Assembly: GCA_035457485.1 (NCBI GenBank)
Contig: DATIBO010000006.1
Coordinates: 94,134 to 158,133, forward strand
Direction of reading: 5' to 3'
Length of the DNA: 64,000 nucleotides
DNA from: Candidatus Saccharimonadales bacterium
GTDB taxonomy: Bacteria; Patescibacteriota; Saccharimonadia; Saccharimonadales; EFPC-124
This document shows, piece by piece, positions 17,866-26,943 of this stretch. Both the position numbers and the translations under genes were made by a program. Numbering within the stretch: position 1 is the stretch's first letter; every line of letters begins with the position of its first letter. The notes beneath the pieces are model-generated. The model was not told the DNA's origin and ran no database searches. It saw only the letters and a program-made list of their open reading frames with translations.

Positions 17866-20421
17866 ATGAAATTAGCTAAAACCTACGAACCCCAAGCCTA
17901 CGAGCCAAGAATTTATCAGCTCTGGGAAGAGTCCGATTCCTTCTCCCCTATTGGCGACCCCAAAAAGGGTTATTTTAGCATCGTCCTTCCTCCGCCTAAT
18001 GCCAATGGAAATCTACATGTAGGCCATGCACTTACAATTGCAGTCGAGGACGCGTTAATTCGCTACAACCGGCTCAAGGGTAACTCTACCCTATTTATTC
18101 CTGGCGCAGATCATGCAGGCTTCGAGACTTGGGTGGTTTTTGAACGAAATCTAGAAAAGCAAGGCAAGTCGCGATTTGACTTTTCACGTGATGATTTGTA
18201 CCAGATGACGTGGGATTTCGTTCAGGAGCAGCGAGGCAATATGGAAGTCCAGCTGCGCGAACTGGGCGCAAGCTTAGATTGGAAAAACCTTGTTTTCACT
18301 CTAGATAAAAAAGTTATCGATCGCACATACAAAACTTTCAAAAAATTGTGGGATGACAAACTGATCTATAGGGGAGAGCGGATCGTTAACTACTGCACAA
18401 AACATCAAACCTCTTTTGCCGATATTGAAGTAGATCACAAGATTGAAAAATCTAAACTATGGAGCGTTGCCTATAAACGCGTCGATGGAGAAGGGGAGAT
18501 AGTAATTGCTACAACTAGACCTGAGACGATATTAGGTGATGGCGCGGTCGCTGTTTATCCGGGTGATACTCGTTATACGGATTTTGTAGGCAAAATGGTA
18601 ATTGAGCCGGTTTCAGGTAGGCATATCCCCGTCATTACAGATGAAGCTGTTGAAACTGATTTTGGCACGGGCGCCGTTAAGGTAACTGTTGCTCACGACC
18701 CTACCGACTTCGAAATAGGGGAGAGACATAACATCCCTCAGATCCAAGTAATCGGCTTCGACGGCAAAATGACCGACAAATGTCCGCCAGAATACGTTGG
18801 ACTTGACGTTCTAGAGGCCCGCAAATTGGTGCTTGAGTATCTAACGGATAAAGGCTTGTTGCGAGAGGCTAAAACTTATAGCCATTCGGTGGGGCATTGT
18901 TACAAATGCGGCACGACCATTCAGCCACTAATAAAAGATCAGTGGTTCATTAAGGTGCAACCGCTTGCTCAAAAAGCAATTCACGCCATTGAATCCGGAA
19001 AAATCAGCTTCACCCCCGAAAACAAGGGTAAGGTTTTGCTAAACTATTTAAAAAACTTGCGTGATTGGAACCTGAGCAGGCAAATTCCATGGGGAATACC
19101 AATTCCAGCGTTCCAAAGCACCGAAGATCCTACAAAATGGATTTTTGATGATCGCGTTAATGAGCAGCATATTACAGTAGATGGTATTGAGTACAAGCGC
19201 GAAGATGACACATTTGACACGTGGTTCAGCTCAGGACAATGGCCATTTATTACCACCGACTATTTAGACGGTGGCGATCTAAGCCCATACTATCCGCTAA
19301 GTGTCATGGAAACTGGGCACGACATTCTTTTCCCATGGATATCACGCATGATTATGCTGGGCATTTATGCGACTGACGAAGTTCCATTTAAACACGTCTA
19401 CTTACATGGTTTAGTTTTAGATGAACACGGTCAAAAAATGAGCAAAAGCAAAGGTAACGTTATTAACCCGCAGGACGTTGTTAAAGAATACGGCTCCGAT
19501 GCGCTTAGAATGGGACTCCTAGCTAGCCGCAGCCCAGGGATAAATCAAGCTTTTTCGACTGGAAATGTCGTAGCTGGCCGCAACTTTTGCAACAAACTTT
19601 GGAACATCGCGAGATTCATAGAAGACAAAGTCGGTGATGAATATACGCACGAAAAACCATTGCCTCAGACAAACGACGAGCATTGGATTATTGACACTTT
19701 GAATCAAGCAAGCAAGAAAATCGGTTCTTTGCTTGACCAGTACAGATTTGCGGAAGCTTACGAACTGATGTACCACACCATTTGGGACGAGGTAGCGGAT
19801 TGGTATGTGGAGTGTAGTAAAAATGGCAACAATAAAAGCGTCATGGTTTATGTGCTTGAAACCTGTCTTAAGATCGCACACCCTTTCGCGCCGTTTGCCA
19901 CCGAAACAATTTGGCAGACTCTTGCATGGCAAAAAGAACTTTTAATCACAAGTAGCTGGCCTAACGAAGTAAAAATCGACCACCATAAAGCGGAAGCTTT
20001 TGCGAGCATACAACAAATCGTGATAGAAGCTCGCTTTGTAAGCGCAAGTCTTGCGAGTGGCAAGCAAAAATTGATTTTTACAAATGACCCGTTGATTGAA
20101 CAAAATAGCGATTTAATTCGCCGACTTGCTAACCTAGAAATTGTTCAAAAAGTGGAGAAGGGGAGTGGACTGCGTTTAGCCGTAGCTAACCATGAGATTT
20201 GGCTAGATGTAACTGCAGAGACCTTAAAAAAGCACACCGATAAACTTCAGGGTCGACTCGAACAGTCCATGACTCAAGTTAAGCATCTAGAGCAACGCCT
20301 TAGTAATAAGGGTTACGTCGACAACGCGCCAGAAAAAGTCGTTCAAGAAACTCGCAGTCAACTTGAAGAAAGCAAAACTCTGGTTGAGCGTCTACAAAAA
20401 GAGCTCGAGCTTTTAGGCTAG
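17866..20421 (+). CDS. valS: valine--tRNA ligase (class I aaRS). The ORF track starts at GTG 17851; ATG 17866 is preferred
   Basis: HIGH motif PPPNANGNLHVGHAL, KMSKS motif KMSKSKGN, editing domain, C-terminal coiled coil typical of ValRS. Confidence 0.85.
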   Translation: MKLAKTYEPQAYEPRIYQLWEESDSFSPIGDPKKGYFSIVLPPPNANGNLHVGHALTIAVEDALIRYNRLKGNSTLFIPGADHAGFETWVVFERNLEKQGKSRFDFSRDDLYQMTWDFVQEQRGNMEVQLRELGASLDWKNLVFTLDKKVIDRTYKTFKKLWDDKLIYRGERIVNYCTKHQTSFADIEVDHKIEKSKLWSVAYKRVDGEGEIVIATTRPETILGDGAVAVYPGDTRYTDFVGKMVIEPVSGRHIPVITDEAVETDFGTGAVKVTVAHDPTDFEIGERHNIPQIQVIGFDGKMTDKCPPEYVGLDVLEARKLVLEYLTDKGLLREAKTYSHSVGHCYKCGTTIQPLIKDQWFIKVQPLAQKAIHAIESGKISFTPENKGKVLLNYLKNLRDWNLSRQIPWGIPIPAFQSTEDPTKWIFDDRVNEQHITVDGIEYKREDDTFDTWFSSGQWPFITTDYLDGGDLSPYYPLSVMETGHDILFPWISRMIMLGIYATDEVPFKHVYLHGLVLDEHGQKMSKSKGNVINPQDVVKEYGSDALRMGLLASRSPGINQAFSTGNVVAGRNFCNKLWNIARFIEDKVGDEYTHEKPLPQTNDEHWIIDTLNQASKKIGSLLDQYRFAEAYELMYHTIWDEVADWYVECSKNGNNKSVMVYVLETCLKIAHPFAPFATETIWQTLAWQKELLITSSWPNEVKIDHHKAEAFASIQQIVIEARFVSASLASGKQKLIFTNDPLIEQNSDLIRRLANLEIVQKVEKGSGLRLAVANHEIWLDVTAETLKKHTDKLQGRLEQSMTQVKHLEQRLSNKGYVDNAPEKVVQETRSQLEESKTLVERLQKELELLG

Positions 20422-20733
20422 GCTCATAAATAAGTTATGTTGCCAGTTTTTAATCAGCTTACTGATCATTTTTTTGATATCTTGACTATGCTTTTCGCGA
20501 ACCCTAAGAGAACGATTATCCGCTAACGGATTATCGCCGGCTAAGTTTTTACCAGTTTGCTTATCGACATGATTATGAAGCTCGCTATAAGACTTTACCG
20601 TAGTGTCATCGTGCTGAACGGCCTTGGCAGTATCTTGAGCGTTAGGTAACGCAGCTAGATCTTTGGCGTGTGCACCGCTCAAAACTAGTGCAAAGACTAA
20701 GGTTAGCGCTAATGTTGCAAAGAAATTTTTCAT
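20413..20733 (-). CDS. hypothetical small secreted protein
   Basis: Signal peptide MKNFFATLALTLVFALVLSGAHA; 9-bp convergent overlap with valS end. Confidence 0.35.
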   Translation of the reverse strand: MKNFFATLALTLVFALVLSGAHAKDLAALPNAQDTAKAVQHDDTTVKSYSELHNHVDKQTGKNLAGDNPLADNRSLRVREKHSQDIKKMISKLIKNWQHNLFMSLA

Positions 20734-20822
20734 GTTTGTTTTTATATACTAACAATTTAAACATTAGCACAATGTTGCAGTACTGTCAATTAGGGTTCAA
20801 GATTGGTTAGATTAGTTAAGCT

Positions 20823-21215
20823 TTAAAAAGCTAGCTTTTTAGCCATTTCAGCGAGCGCCTCATGGTCAGGTTCGTCATTAGACGGAGGTTTCATGAAATC
20901 CTCGGCCACTCTACAGGGGATAATAACCACATGAACGTGCGGGACGATGAAGCCTTCGACCCGCACACATGCACGATACTCTTTGCCAAAGACCTCGACT
21001 ATTCGCTTCATTACTTTTTTAACTGAGCTCATTAACGCATGATAATCTTCTTCGGATAAGTCTTCTATTCGATCGACCTGCATTTTAGGCACAACTAGAG
21101 TTTGGCCAGGCTGTATAGGATGAATATCTAGAAACGCGAAGGTCTTATCATCTTCGAAAACTTTATGGCTTGGCAGCTCGCCGTGGATAATTTTGGTAAA
21201 AATAGAGGTTTGCAT
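20823..21215 (-). CDS. HIT-family (histidine triad) hydrolase. The ORF track start at 21263 is probably an over-extension
   Basis: HIT motif VPHVHVVIIP; N-terminus MQTSIFTKIIHGELP matches HIT family starts; the 16 extra codons in the track encode a GC-rich palindrome. Confidence 0.7.
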   Translation of the reverse strand: MQTSIFTKIIHGELPSHKVFEDDKTFAFLDIHPIQPGQTLVVPKMQVDRIEDLSEEDYHALMSSVKKVMKRIVEVFGKEYRACVRVEGFIVPHVHVVIIPCRVAEDFMKPPSNDEPDHEALAEMAKKLAF

Positions 21216-21293
21216 AAGGCAATTATACCTCAAATGCAAACGGGCCCCGGAGGGCCCGTGCACGTTACGCAGCGGTCATAGCTTGTTGGCCTT

Positions 21294-22481
21294 TCATGCT
21301 CTGATCGCGGTCCTGGCCTGAAACATTGCAAGCGCTGCGCTACTCACCACAAGCACGCCGGCGAATGCAATACCGTACAGAAGTGAGCCGCTAATTTCCC
21401 CAACTTTGCTCGAGATCCACCAGATCAAGGCAGACGACCCCCATAGAATCGTTCGCGAGATTGAGTGAATAGTTGCTCGCATGCGATCGTCGCCGATTTG
21501 CTCATTGAGCATCTGGTTGCTCATGGGGATGATGTTGGCGCGAACAAAATAAGTGATTGCAATCGCGCCGACAGCCACGAGTCCCGGCTTAACTACCAGG
21601 AGACCATAGCATAAGGCGGTAGCCGTGATCATAAAACTGAAGCTGGTCCACTGCATTTTAGACAGCCGTTTAATGAACGTCTGCCATACAAACACCGAGC
21701 CTAGTAACAGTGCCCAGTACACACTATAGATCCATCCGCCTGCGCCCTCGCCAATCTTAAGTCCGGAAAACTCGGAGTAGTAGACTGGCGTCCACCAAAC
21801 CAGAACGAACGACAAGTTCCCAGCTGTAGCTGCAAAAAGCAGCGCCCACAGCAAGTTCTTGTTATTCGTCACAGCCTTTCTCACCAACCCTACGCTAGGA
21901 ATCTCGTCATGAGAAAGAGGGTCATAAAGAACGAACGCGATCGCCGCAGCGACTGCATATAGGCCGGCCTGAACCCATAGGAGAGTCGAGATTTCGACAC
22001 CCAGTTCCACAACTAGCCATGCGCCCACCAACGAACAAGACGCTTCGAAGACTCCAGCGATCCCACGAGCCCTCGCATCAGCCTTCTTAGCCAGGTGGCT
22101 AATTCTAAGCCTTGCGAAGGTCTCAAACAGAAGTGCAGCATCGGCACCAACCATCAGGCTAGTGCCAAAACCCAGAATGGCGGCCGCTACACAGAACTGG
22201 GTCAGTGAATCTCCGGTTGCGTATGTGATCATCGCCAGCGCAGACAGAAGCGTGCCTGCGATCAGACTCTTTCGACGACCGTACGAGTCAGCCCAGCGGC
22301 CCGTCGGGATCTCGAAAATTGCCGACACCGCGGTACCAACCCCAATAACGACTAGGGTCGCCGTTGCGCCCATCCCTTGTGTCGTCAAGAATGGAGTAAG
22401 GATTGGGACATACATGAATGATCCACGGAGTCCGTAAAACAACAACAACCGATAGATGTTGCTCTTGAGCTTTGGGTACAA
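21294..22481 (-). CDS. MFS transporter
   Basis: 12-TM profile, motif GRWADSYGRRK in loop 2-3 (MFS signature G-x-x-x-D-R/K-x-G-R-R/K). Confidence 0.7.
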   Translation of the reverse strand: MYPKLKSNIYRLLLFYGLRGSFMYVPILTPFLTTQGMGATATLVVIGVGTAVSAIFEIPTGRWADSYGRRKSLIAGTLLSALAMITYATGDSLTQFCVAAAILGFGTSLMVGADAALLFETFARLRISHLAKKADARARGIAGVFEASCSLVGAWLVVELGVEISTLLWVQAGLYAVAAAIAFVLYDPLSHDEIPSVGLVRKAVTNNKNLLWALLFAATAGNLSFVLVWWTPVYYSEFSGLKIGEGAGGWIYSVYWALLLGSVFVWQTFIKRLSKMQWTSFSFMITATALCYGLLVVKPGLVAVGAIAITYFVRANIIPMSNQMLNEQIGDDRMRATIHSISRTILWGSSALIWWISSKVGEISGSLLYGIAFAGVLVVSSAALAMFQARTAIRA

Positions 22482-22632
22482 CCCTACCTCCCGTAGTAAC
22501 GTGCAGCCTCGAGTTCACGAGGCCATAATAAAGCAAGAAAATGCACTCTTATCACTCCGCAAACTGTCAAACTATAACATAATTAATTGTTTTCTTCAAT
22601 TCATCGCTTATCTGTTATAATGTGTTCGGCGC

Positions 22633-22724
22633 GGAGAGGTGTCCGAGTGGTTGAAGGTGCCGCTCTCGAAAAGCGGTGTAGCCAGCAATGGTTACCGAGG
22701 GTTCGAATCCCTCCTTCTCCGCCA
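22633..22724 (+). tRNA. tRNA-Ser (anticodon CGA), type II with long variable arm, CCA encoded
   Basis: Acceptor GGAGAGG/CCTCTCC, anticodon stem CCGCT/AGCGG with loop CTCGAAA, T-arm GAGGG-TTCGAAT-CCCTC, 3' GCCA. Confidence 0.88.
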
Positions 22725-22784
22725 ATAGGTAGTCAGTGTAAAAGCTGGCTATTTATTTTGCCCACAAAACCGTACAATAGCTAT

Positions 22785-23816
22785 ATGGATTTTTTACGCG
22801 CCACTCTTCGCGCATTGTTTGTTGTTATAACTTCGGCCAGCTTAGCCACACTAATCAGCGTGGCGACAATGCAGGCAACGATTTTAAACCGCTCGACAGT
22901 TTTGCGTTGGATGGAGAATAGTGGAATTTATCAAAACATCGTTAACATAGCAGTGCAGCTCCAACCTGATTCAGCACCAGAGAGTCAGCAGTTTTTGGGC
23001 GAAACTACCATTCGCGATGCAATTAATCAAACTCTAGATCCAGCTTTCTTAAGAACTTCAACCGAAAAAATTATTAATAGTACTTACGATTGGTTAGAAG
23101 GCAAGAGCGAAACAATCACGTTTTCGATTCCATTAAGCGAAAAACGCGATCTTTTAAAGCAAAATTTAGCCAAGCAAATCGAACCCAAAATTTCGAGCCT
23201 TCCAACCTGTAGCTCAAATTTTAGCGGTGTAACTAGTCAGCAAGTCCAATGTATTCCTAAAAACTCCAATGCCCAAACTTATGCCGCCGATCTTGCGAGC
23301 CGAGCGGTGGATAGTTCTGACTTTTTAGTGCAGCCCCTAACCCAGCAAAATATTCAGCTGCCAACGCTCCCAGCTGTTAACGTTTTACGATTTTTGGCAA
23401 GCAATTTACAGATCATAATCTCCGGACTAGCTGTCCTGGCGGTTCTAAGCGCAACGGGTTATGTTTTGTTGAGTAAAGATAAACTTCGCGGCATTCAAGC
23501 TGTGGGTCGACGTGCTTTTTTTGGTACTTTAATTTTAGTCATTGGCGGTGGAGTTCTTTGGTATTTCTCGAACAAGCTAACTCTAAGTGCATTCGGCGAT
23601 CAAGCAATTATCACCAGCATAGTTGATCCGTTAGCACGACAAATTGCTGCAGATGTTGGAATGTGGTTATTCATTTTTAGCGGAATTGTTTTTGCAACCG
23701 GTGGTTTGATCTGGCTTGGTGCATTTTTGACAATCAAAAATCTAGAGAAAAAACTAAAAGCCGCACATGCTGGCCCGCCGAAAGATTTGCCGCCAATCGG
23801 TCCCGCTGCTATATAA
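22785..23816 (+). CDS. hypothetical polytopic membrane protein. The track start at 22587 overlaps the tRNA; ATG 22785 is preferred
   Basis: N-terminal TM, large extracytoplasmic region, three C-terminal TM helices. Confidence 0.45.
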   Translation: MDFLRATLRALFVVITSASLATLISVATMQATILNRSTVLRWMENSGIYQNIVNIAVQLQPDSAPESQQFLGETTIRDAINQTLDPAFLRTSTEKIINSTYDWLEGKSETITFSIPLSEKRDLLKQNLAKQIEPKISSLPTCSSNFSGVTSQQVQCIPKNSNAQTYAADLASRAVDSSDFLVQPLTQQNIQLPTLPAVNVLRFLASNLQIIISGLAVLAVLSATGYVLLSKDKLRGIQAVGRRAFFGTLILVIGGGVLWYFSNKLTLSAFGDQAIITSIVDPLARQIAADVGMWLFIFSGIVFATGGLIWLGAFLTIKNLEKKLKAAHAGPPKDLPPIGPAAI

Positions 23817-23824
23817 TAAACTTT

Positions 23825-24325
23825 GTGAAGCACGGCGACTACTTAGTTGATATTTTAGACAAACAAGGTAGGTTAATTGGCAAAAAACCGCGACGCGAAA
23901 TAAATAAGCAAGTCGATATTTGTCATACTGTTTTTGGACTTTTAAAAGTTGGTGAAAATATGTTTGTCCTAGGTTTAATAGATGACTCCCGATTTGGAAC
24001 CAGTCTGTACAACGGGCTTTATGGAGCCCCCATGGCAACAATAAAACGCTACCAAGAAGCTGCAGAGCAAGCAGCTATAAGAGGGTTTAAAGAAGAGCTC
24101 GACATAGCACAAAAGCCAGAATTAATAGGCGAAGGAATGCTTCAATTGCAAGATGGAATTTTTAAGTTTGCGAGCATTTTCGTTGTAAATCTTAGGTCGG
24201 TCGAAAAGCTTAAAGTTAAAAATCCCATCTGTTTAACAAGTCATGGGCTAGATACTAAGATTGACGAGCCAAATTTTGCCCCGACCCTACAAGAAATCTG
24301 GCGAACGTACCGTGCAAAATTGTAA
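23825..24325 (+). CDS. Nudix-fold-like protein with degenerate Nudix box
   Basis: Pattern GAPMATIKRYQEAAEQAAIRGFKEELDI approximates Gx5Ex7REUxEExGU with substitutions; N-term resembles IDI/Nudix beta-strand region. Confidence 0.3.
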   Translation: MKHGDYLVDILDKQGRLIGKKPRREINKQVDICHTVFGLLKVGENMFVLGLIDDSRFGTSLYNGLYGAPMATIKRYQEAAEQAAIRGFKEELDIAQKPELIGEGMLQLQDGIFKFASIFVVNLRSVEKLKVKNPICLTSHGLDTKIDEPNFAPTLQEIWRTYRAKL

Positions 24326-24393
24326 AAAAGGGCTCGCACAACAGATCAATTAATGTTACAATATGTTGGTTAACCGCCCAGACCAGAACTCAC

Positions 24394-24486
24394 GGAGGAG
24401 TACCCAAGTGGCTGAAGGGGACGGTTTGCTAAATCGTTAGAGTGGAGCAATCTGCTGCGAGAGTTCGAATCTCTCCTCCTCCGCCA
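24394..24486 (+). tRNA. tRNA-Ser (anticodon GCU), type II, CCA encoded
   Basis: Acceptor GGAGGAG/CTCCTCC perfect, anticodon stem ACGGT/ATCGT loop TTGCTAA, T-arm GAGAG-TTCGAAT-CTCTC, discriminator G + CCA. Confidence 0.88.
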
Positions 24487-24523
24487 AGAAAATAGAGCTG
24501 CTTTTGCCAGCTCTATTTTCGTT

Positions 24524-25114
24524 TTAGCGGGTTTGGGCGTCACGAACAGCCAACATTGCCGCTAAACCCATTCTGTAGACCACCAGAGGCTGCGGCGCAT
24601 GCTTTTTGCGACCCCCTTCCGTCATCAAGTCTCGATCAAAGTCATCAAACCGATACAACCTCACACCCTGAACTTCATCGTCCTGAATATTAACCTTACT
24701 TAAGTCTAACACGGGGTCATATACCACAAAATCTTTGCTTACAACCCTGTGAGGGTGTGACCAGTCCTTAAAAAACATCTCCGTTCCCAAGCGCCCAATT
24801 GGCAAAAAACGCTCACGCGGATAGCGCAAACTGAGCTCCTCCTCGGTTTCGCGCACTGCAGCATCTAAGTAATCTTCGCCGACATCCACGTGCCCAGCGA
24901 CAGAGATATCCCAAGTGTTAGGCATTATTTTTTTATTAGCGGCTCGGTGTTGCTGCAAAAAACCTTCGTCGTTAAAAACCCAGATGTGAGTATCGCGGTG
25001 CAACAAACCTTGCGCGTGAATCTGCGCCTTTGTGGCAGTTTTGCCGGTTGGTCGCCCAAATTCATCAACAATATCAAGTAGCTCCTCTTGGTGAGGGCCG
25101 GTAAATCTTTCCAT
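24524..25114 (-). CDS. Nudix hydrolase
   Basis: Nudix box GHVDVGEDYLDAAVRETEEELSL. Confidence 0.7.
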   Translation of the reverse strand: MERFTGPHQEELLDIVDEFGRPTGKTATKAQIHAQGLLHRDTHIWVFNDEGFLQQHRAANKKIMPNTWDISVAGHVDVGEDYLDAAVRETEEELSLRYPRERFLPIGRLGTEMFFKDWSHPHRVVSKDFVVYDPVLDLSKVNIQDDEVQGVRLYRFDDFDRDLMTEGGRKKHAPQPLVVYRMGLAAMLAVRDAQTR

Positions 25115-25204
25115 ACTTCTCCTAATTTTTTACGAGGAAGCTTCCTAAAATTAACAATACAACAAGCTCCTAAACAGATATAGATTGTTTGTTTTGACGC
25201 AATT

Positions 25205-25260
25205 AAATATGTGTCAGCCAACTTTGTGACAAACAAATTTATGTCAAATCGTTTTGACAT
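25205..25260. promoter_or_regulatory. palindromic TGACA/TGTCA repeats in divergent Nudix intergenic region (candidate operator)
   Basis: Perfect 8-bp-arm palindrome ATGTCAAA-TCGT-TTTGACAT (25241..25260) plus two further TGACA half-sites upstream. Confidence 0.35.
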
Positions 25261-25288
25261 AACAGAGGTAAAAGCGTAGAATACTTCC

Positions 25289-25948
25289 GTGCACCATATA
25301 CAAAAAAGCATTGTCAGCCTATTAATGTACTCGGAAAGCCTAAAATACGCTCAAATGCGACCAAAAGGCGTAGAGAGCAATCAGTTTGCATATCACCTTG
25401 AACAATTATTAAAATCAAAGATCATCCAAAAAAACGGGCGAGATTACAGTCTAACCGGGACCGGACTAATGCTGGCTGATCGATCAAGTCATAAAAATAT
25501 CGATCTCCGTAAACAGCCGCATATTGTAACTACAATTTGCGTTATGAGTGGCAATAAAATTTTGCTTTTTGAACACAAATTTCAGCCGTATATTGGGCTT
25601 AAGGGCTTTGTGCAAGGGCGAACTCATTTCAACGAAACAGTACAAGAATCGGCTCGACGTGAATTGTTTGAAAAAACTGGCCTAGAAAACGTCGATTTAG
25701 TCCTACGAGGAACAGTCTATATTACAGCAAAAAAAGACGGCGAAGTTATTAGTAAGTTACTTAGTCACGTTTTTTATGGCGAGCTTACCGGGCAGCCAAA
25801 ACTTGAGTCCGACAACCCAAAGAAAGGTGAGGCGTTTTGGGTGGAGGAGTCTGAGATCAAAGGTGGCACGATGCCAGGATTTAGAGAGATAAGCAATCTT
25901 CTTAAAAACGAAAGTGGTTTTTTTAAGGAAATTGAAGCCACTATTTAG
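25289..25948 (+). CDS. winged-helix (HTH) domain fused to Nudix hydrolase domain; putative Nudix-related regulator
   Basis: N-terminal ~70 aa helix-rich wHTH-like segment; C-terminal Nudix box GRTHFNETVQESARRELFEKTGL. Confidence 0.55.
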   Translation: MHHIQKSIVSLLMYSESLKYAQMRPKGVESNQFAYHLEQLLKSKIIQKNGRDYSLTGTGLMLADRSSHKNIDLRKQPHIVTTICVMSGNKILLFEHKFQPYIGLKGFVQGRTHFNETVQESARRELFEKTGLENVDLVLRGTVYITAKKDGEVISKLLSHVFYGELTGQPKLESDNPKKGEAFWVEESEIKGGTMPGFREISNLLKNESGFFKEIEATI

Positions 25949-26016
25949 ATCAAAGCAACTTTAGGTTGTCATAAAACAAAATAACTCCCGCATAAGGAGT
26001 TATTTTTAATAATTTC

Positions 26017-26093
26017 TGGTACACCCGACAGGATTTGAACCTATGACCTTTGGCTCCGCAAGCCAACGCTCTATCCAGCTGAGCTACGGGTGC
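26017..26093 (-). tRNA. tRNA-Arg (anticodon GCG as read), 77 nt with CCA
   Basis: Reverse complement GCACCCG-TA-GCTC-AGCTGGATA-GAGC-G-TTGGC-TTGCGGA-GCCAA-AGGTC-ATAGG-TTCAAAT-CCTGT-CGGGTGT-A-CCA; A20 in D-loop and G37 consistent with Arg (CGN). Confidence 0.85.
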
Positions 26094-26205
26094 ATATTGC
26101 AGCCTTGAAGGCGTATAAACGTCTACATGGCTGCACCTTGAACTAGAAGGTACTTCCCACATTTCGATGCAGAACAGATGTGATTATATCAAGGTTTGGC
26201 AAGAT

Positions 26206-26757
26206 TTAAAAGTGTAATCTGCGCATTATTACATCAAAGGGGTCGGGGGTAGTTTTTTCAAGAGGTAAATGATCACTAATTATATTAAGTACGGCCTCTG
26301 CCTGGTCGTTACCAAAATAAATATTTACAGCCGGCGACAGGCGCTTGACGGGAACCAATACGATGGAATAAAAAGCTCCGTCTTCATGAACGCTAAAGGC
26401 ACGAAAGTCTTTAAAAGAGTACTCTCGGCCATCAATAACTAAGTTTTCTTGAGTAAGGTGGTAACTCACGATTCGCGGCTTTTTGAATCCAAAATAACAA
26501 AATGCAACAGCCATAACTGTAATAAGAACTGCGAAAGTCCATTGCTTAAAGTAAACAGTTACACCGATCAAAGCAAGTGATACGGCAATTACAGCGATCA
26601 ACCAGCCGAAGCCCTTGTCGTGCTGAACATATTCGGAGGCTTTCCAGTCGATAAAATCAGGTCTAGGTGCGTCAACGTCAAATTCACGCTCCGGCGCATC
26701 GTACCCCTGTTGTTGCGGCGTGTAAAGACTATTCTCCCTATGTTGATCTGACTGCAT
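26206..26757 (-). CDS. hypothetical membrane protein (two TM helices followed by a small beta-rich cytoplasmic domain, bacterial PH-like)
   Basis: TM pair GWLIAVIAVSLALIGVTVYF / FAVLITVMAVAFCYFGF then ~100-aa soluble domain. Confidence 0.4.
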   Translation of the reverse strand: MQSDQHRENSLYTPQQQGYDAPEREFDVDAPRPDFIDWKASEYVQHDKGFGWLIAVIAVSLALIGVTVYFKQWTFAVLITVMAVAFCYFGFKKPRIVSYHLTQENLVIDGREYSFKDFRAFSVHEDGAFYSIVLVPVKRLSPAVNIYFGNDQAEAVLNIISDHLPLEKTTPDPFDVIMRRLHF

Positions 26758-26832
26758 AAATAAAGTATATCACTAAACATAAACGCGTAGTACTCGATTT
26801 TATTAACAGATGTGGTAAAATACATAACTAAT

Positions 26833-26922
<90 letters not shown>

Positions 26923-26943
26923 AACAAAGTAGACTAGCGATTG

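Noticed and set aside
17689-17866. T-box riboswitch upstream of valS
   Set aside because: No match to the T-box consensus AGGGTGGNACCGCG or a specifier-loop architecture. Only a single hairpin was found, and it is reported as a low-interest finding instead.
22587-22784. N-terminal 66 codons of ORF 22587..23816
   Set aside because: They overlap tRNA-Ser(CGA) at 22633..22724, and part of the translation is simply the tRNA read as protein (…RIPPSPP…). The ATG at 22785 follows the tRNA and begins the membrane protein.
25950-26162. ORF 25950..26162 (-), 70 aa
   Set aside because: It overlaps tRNA-Arg on the same strand. The translation includes the tRNA sequence (…[14 protein letters not shown]…), a typical tRNA-derived pseudo-ORF.
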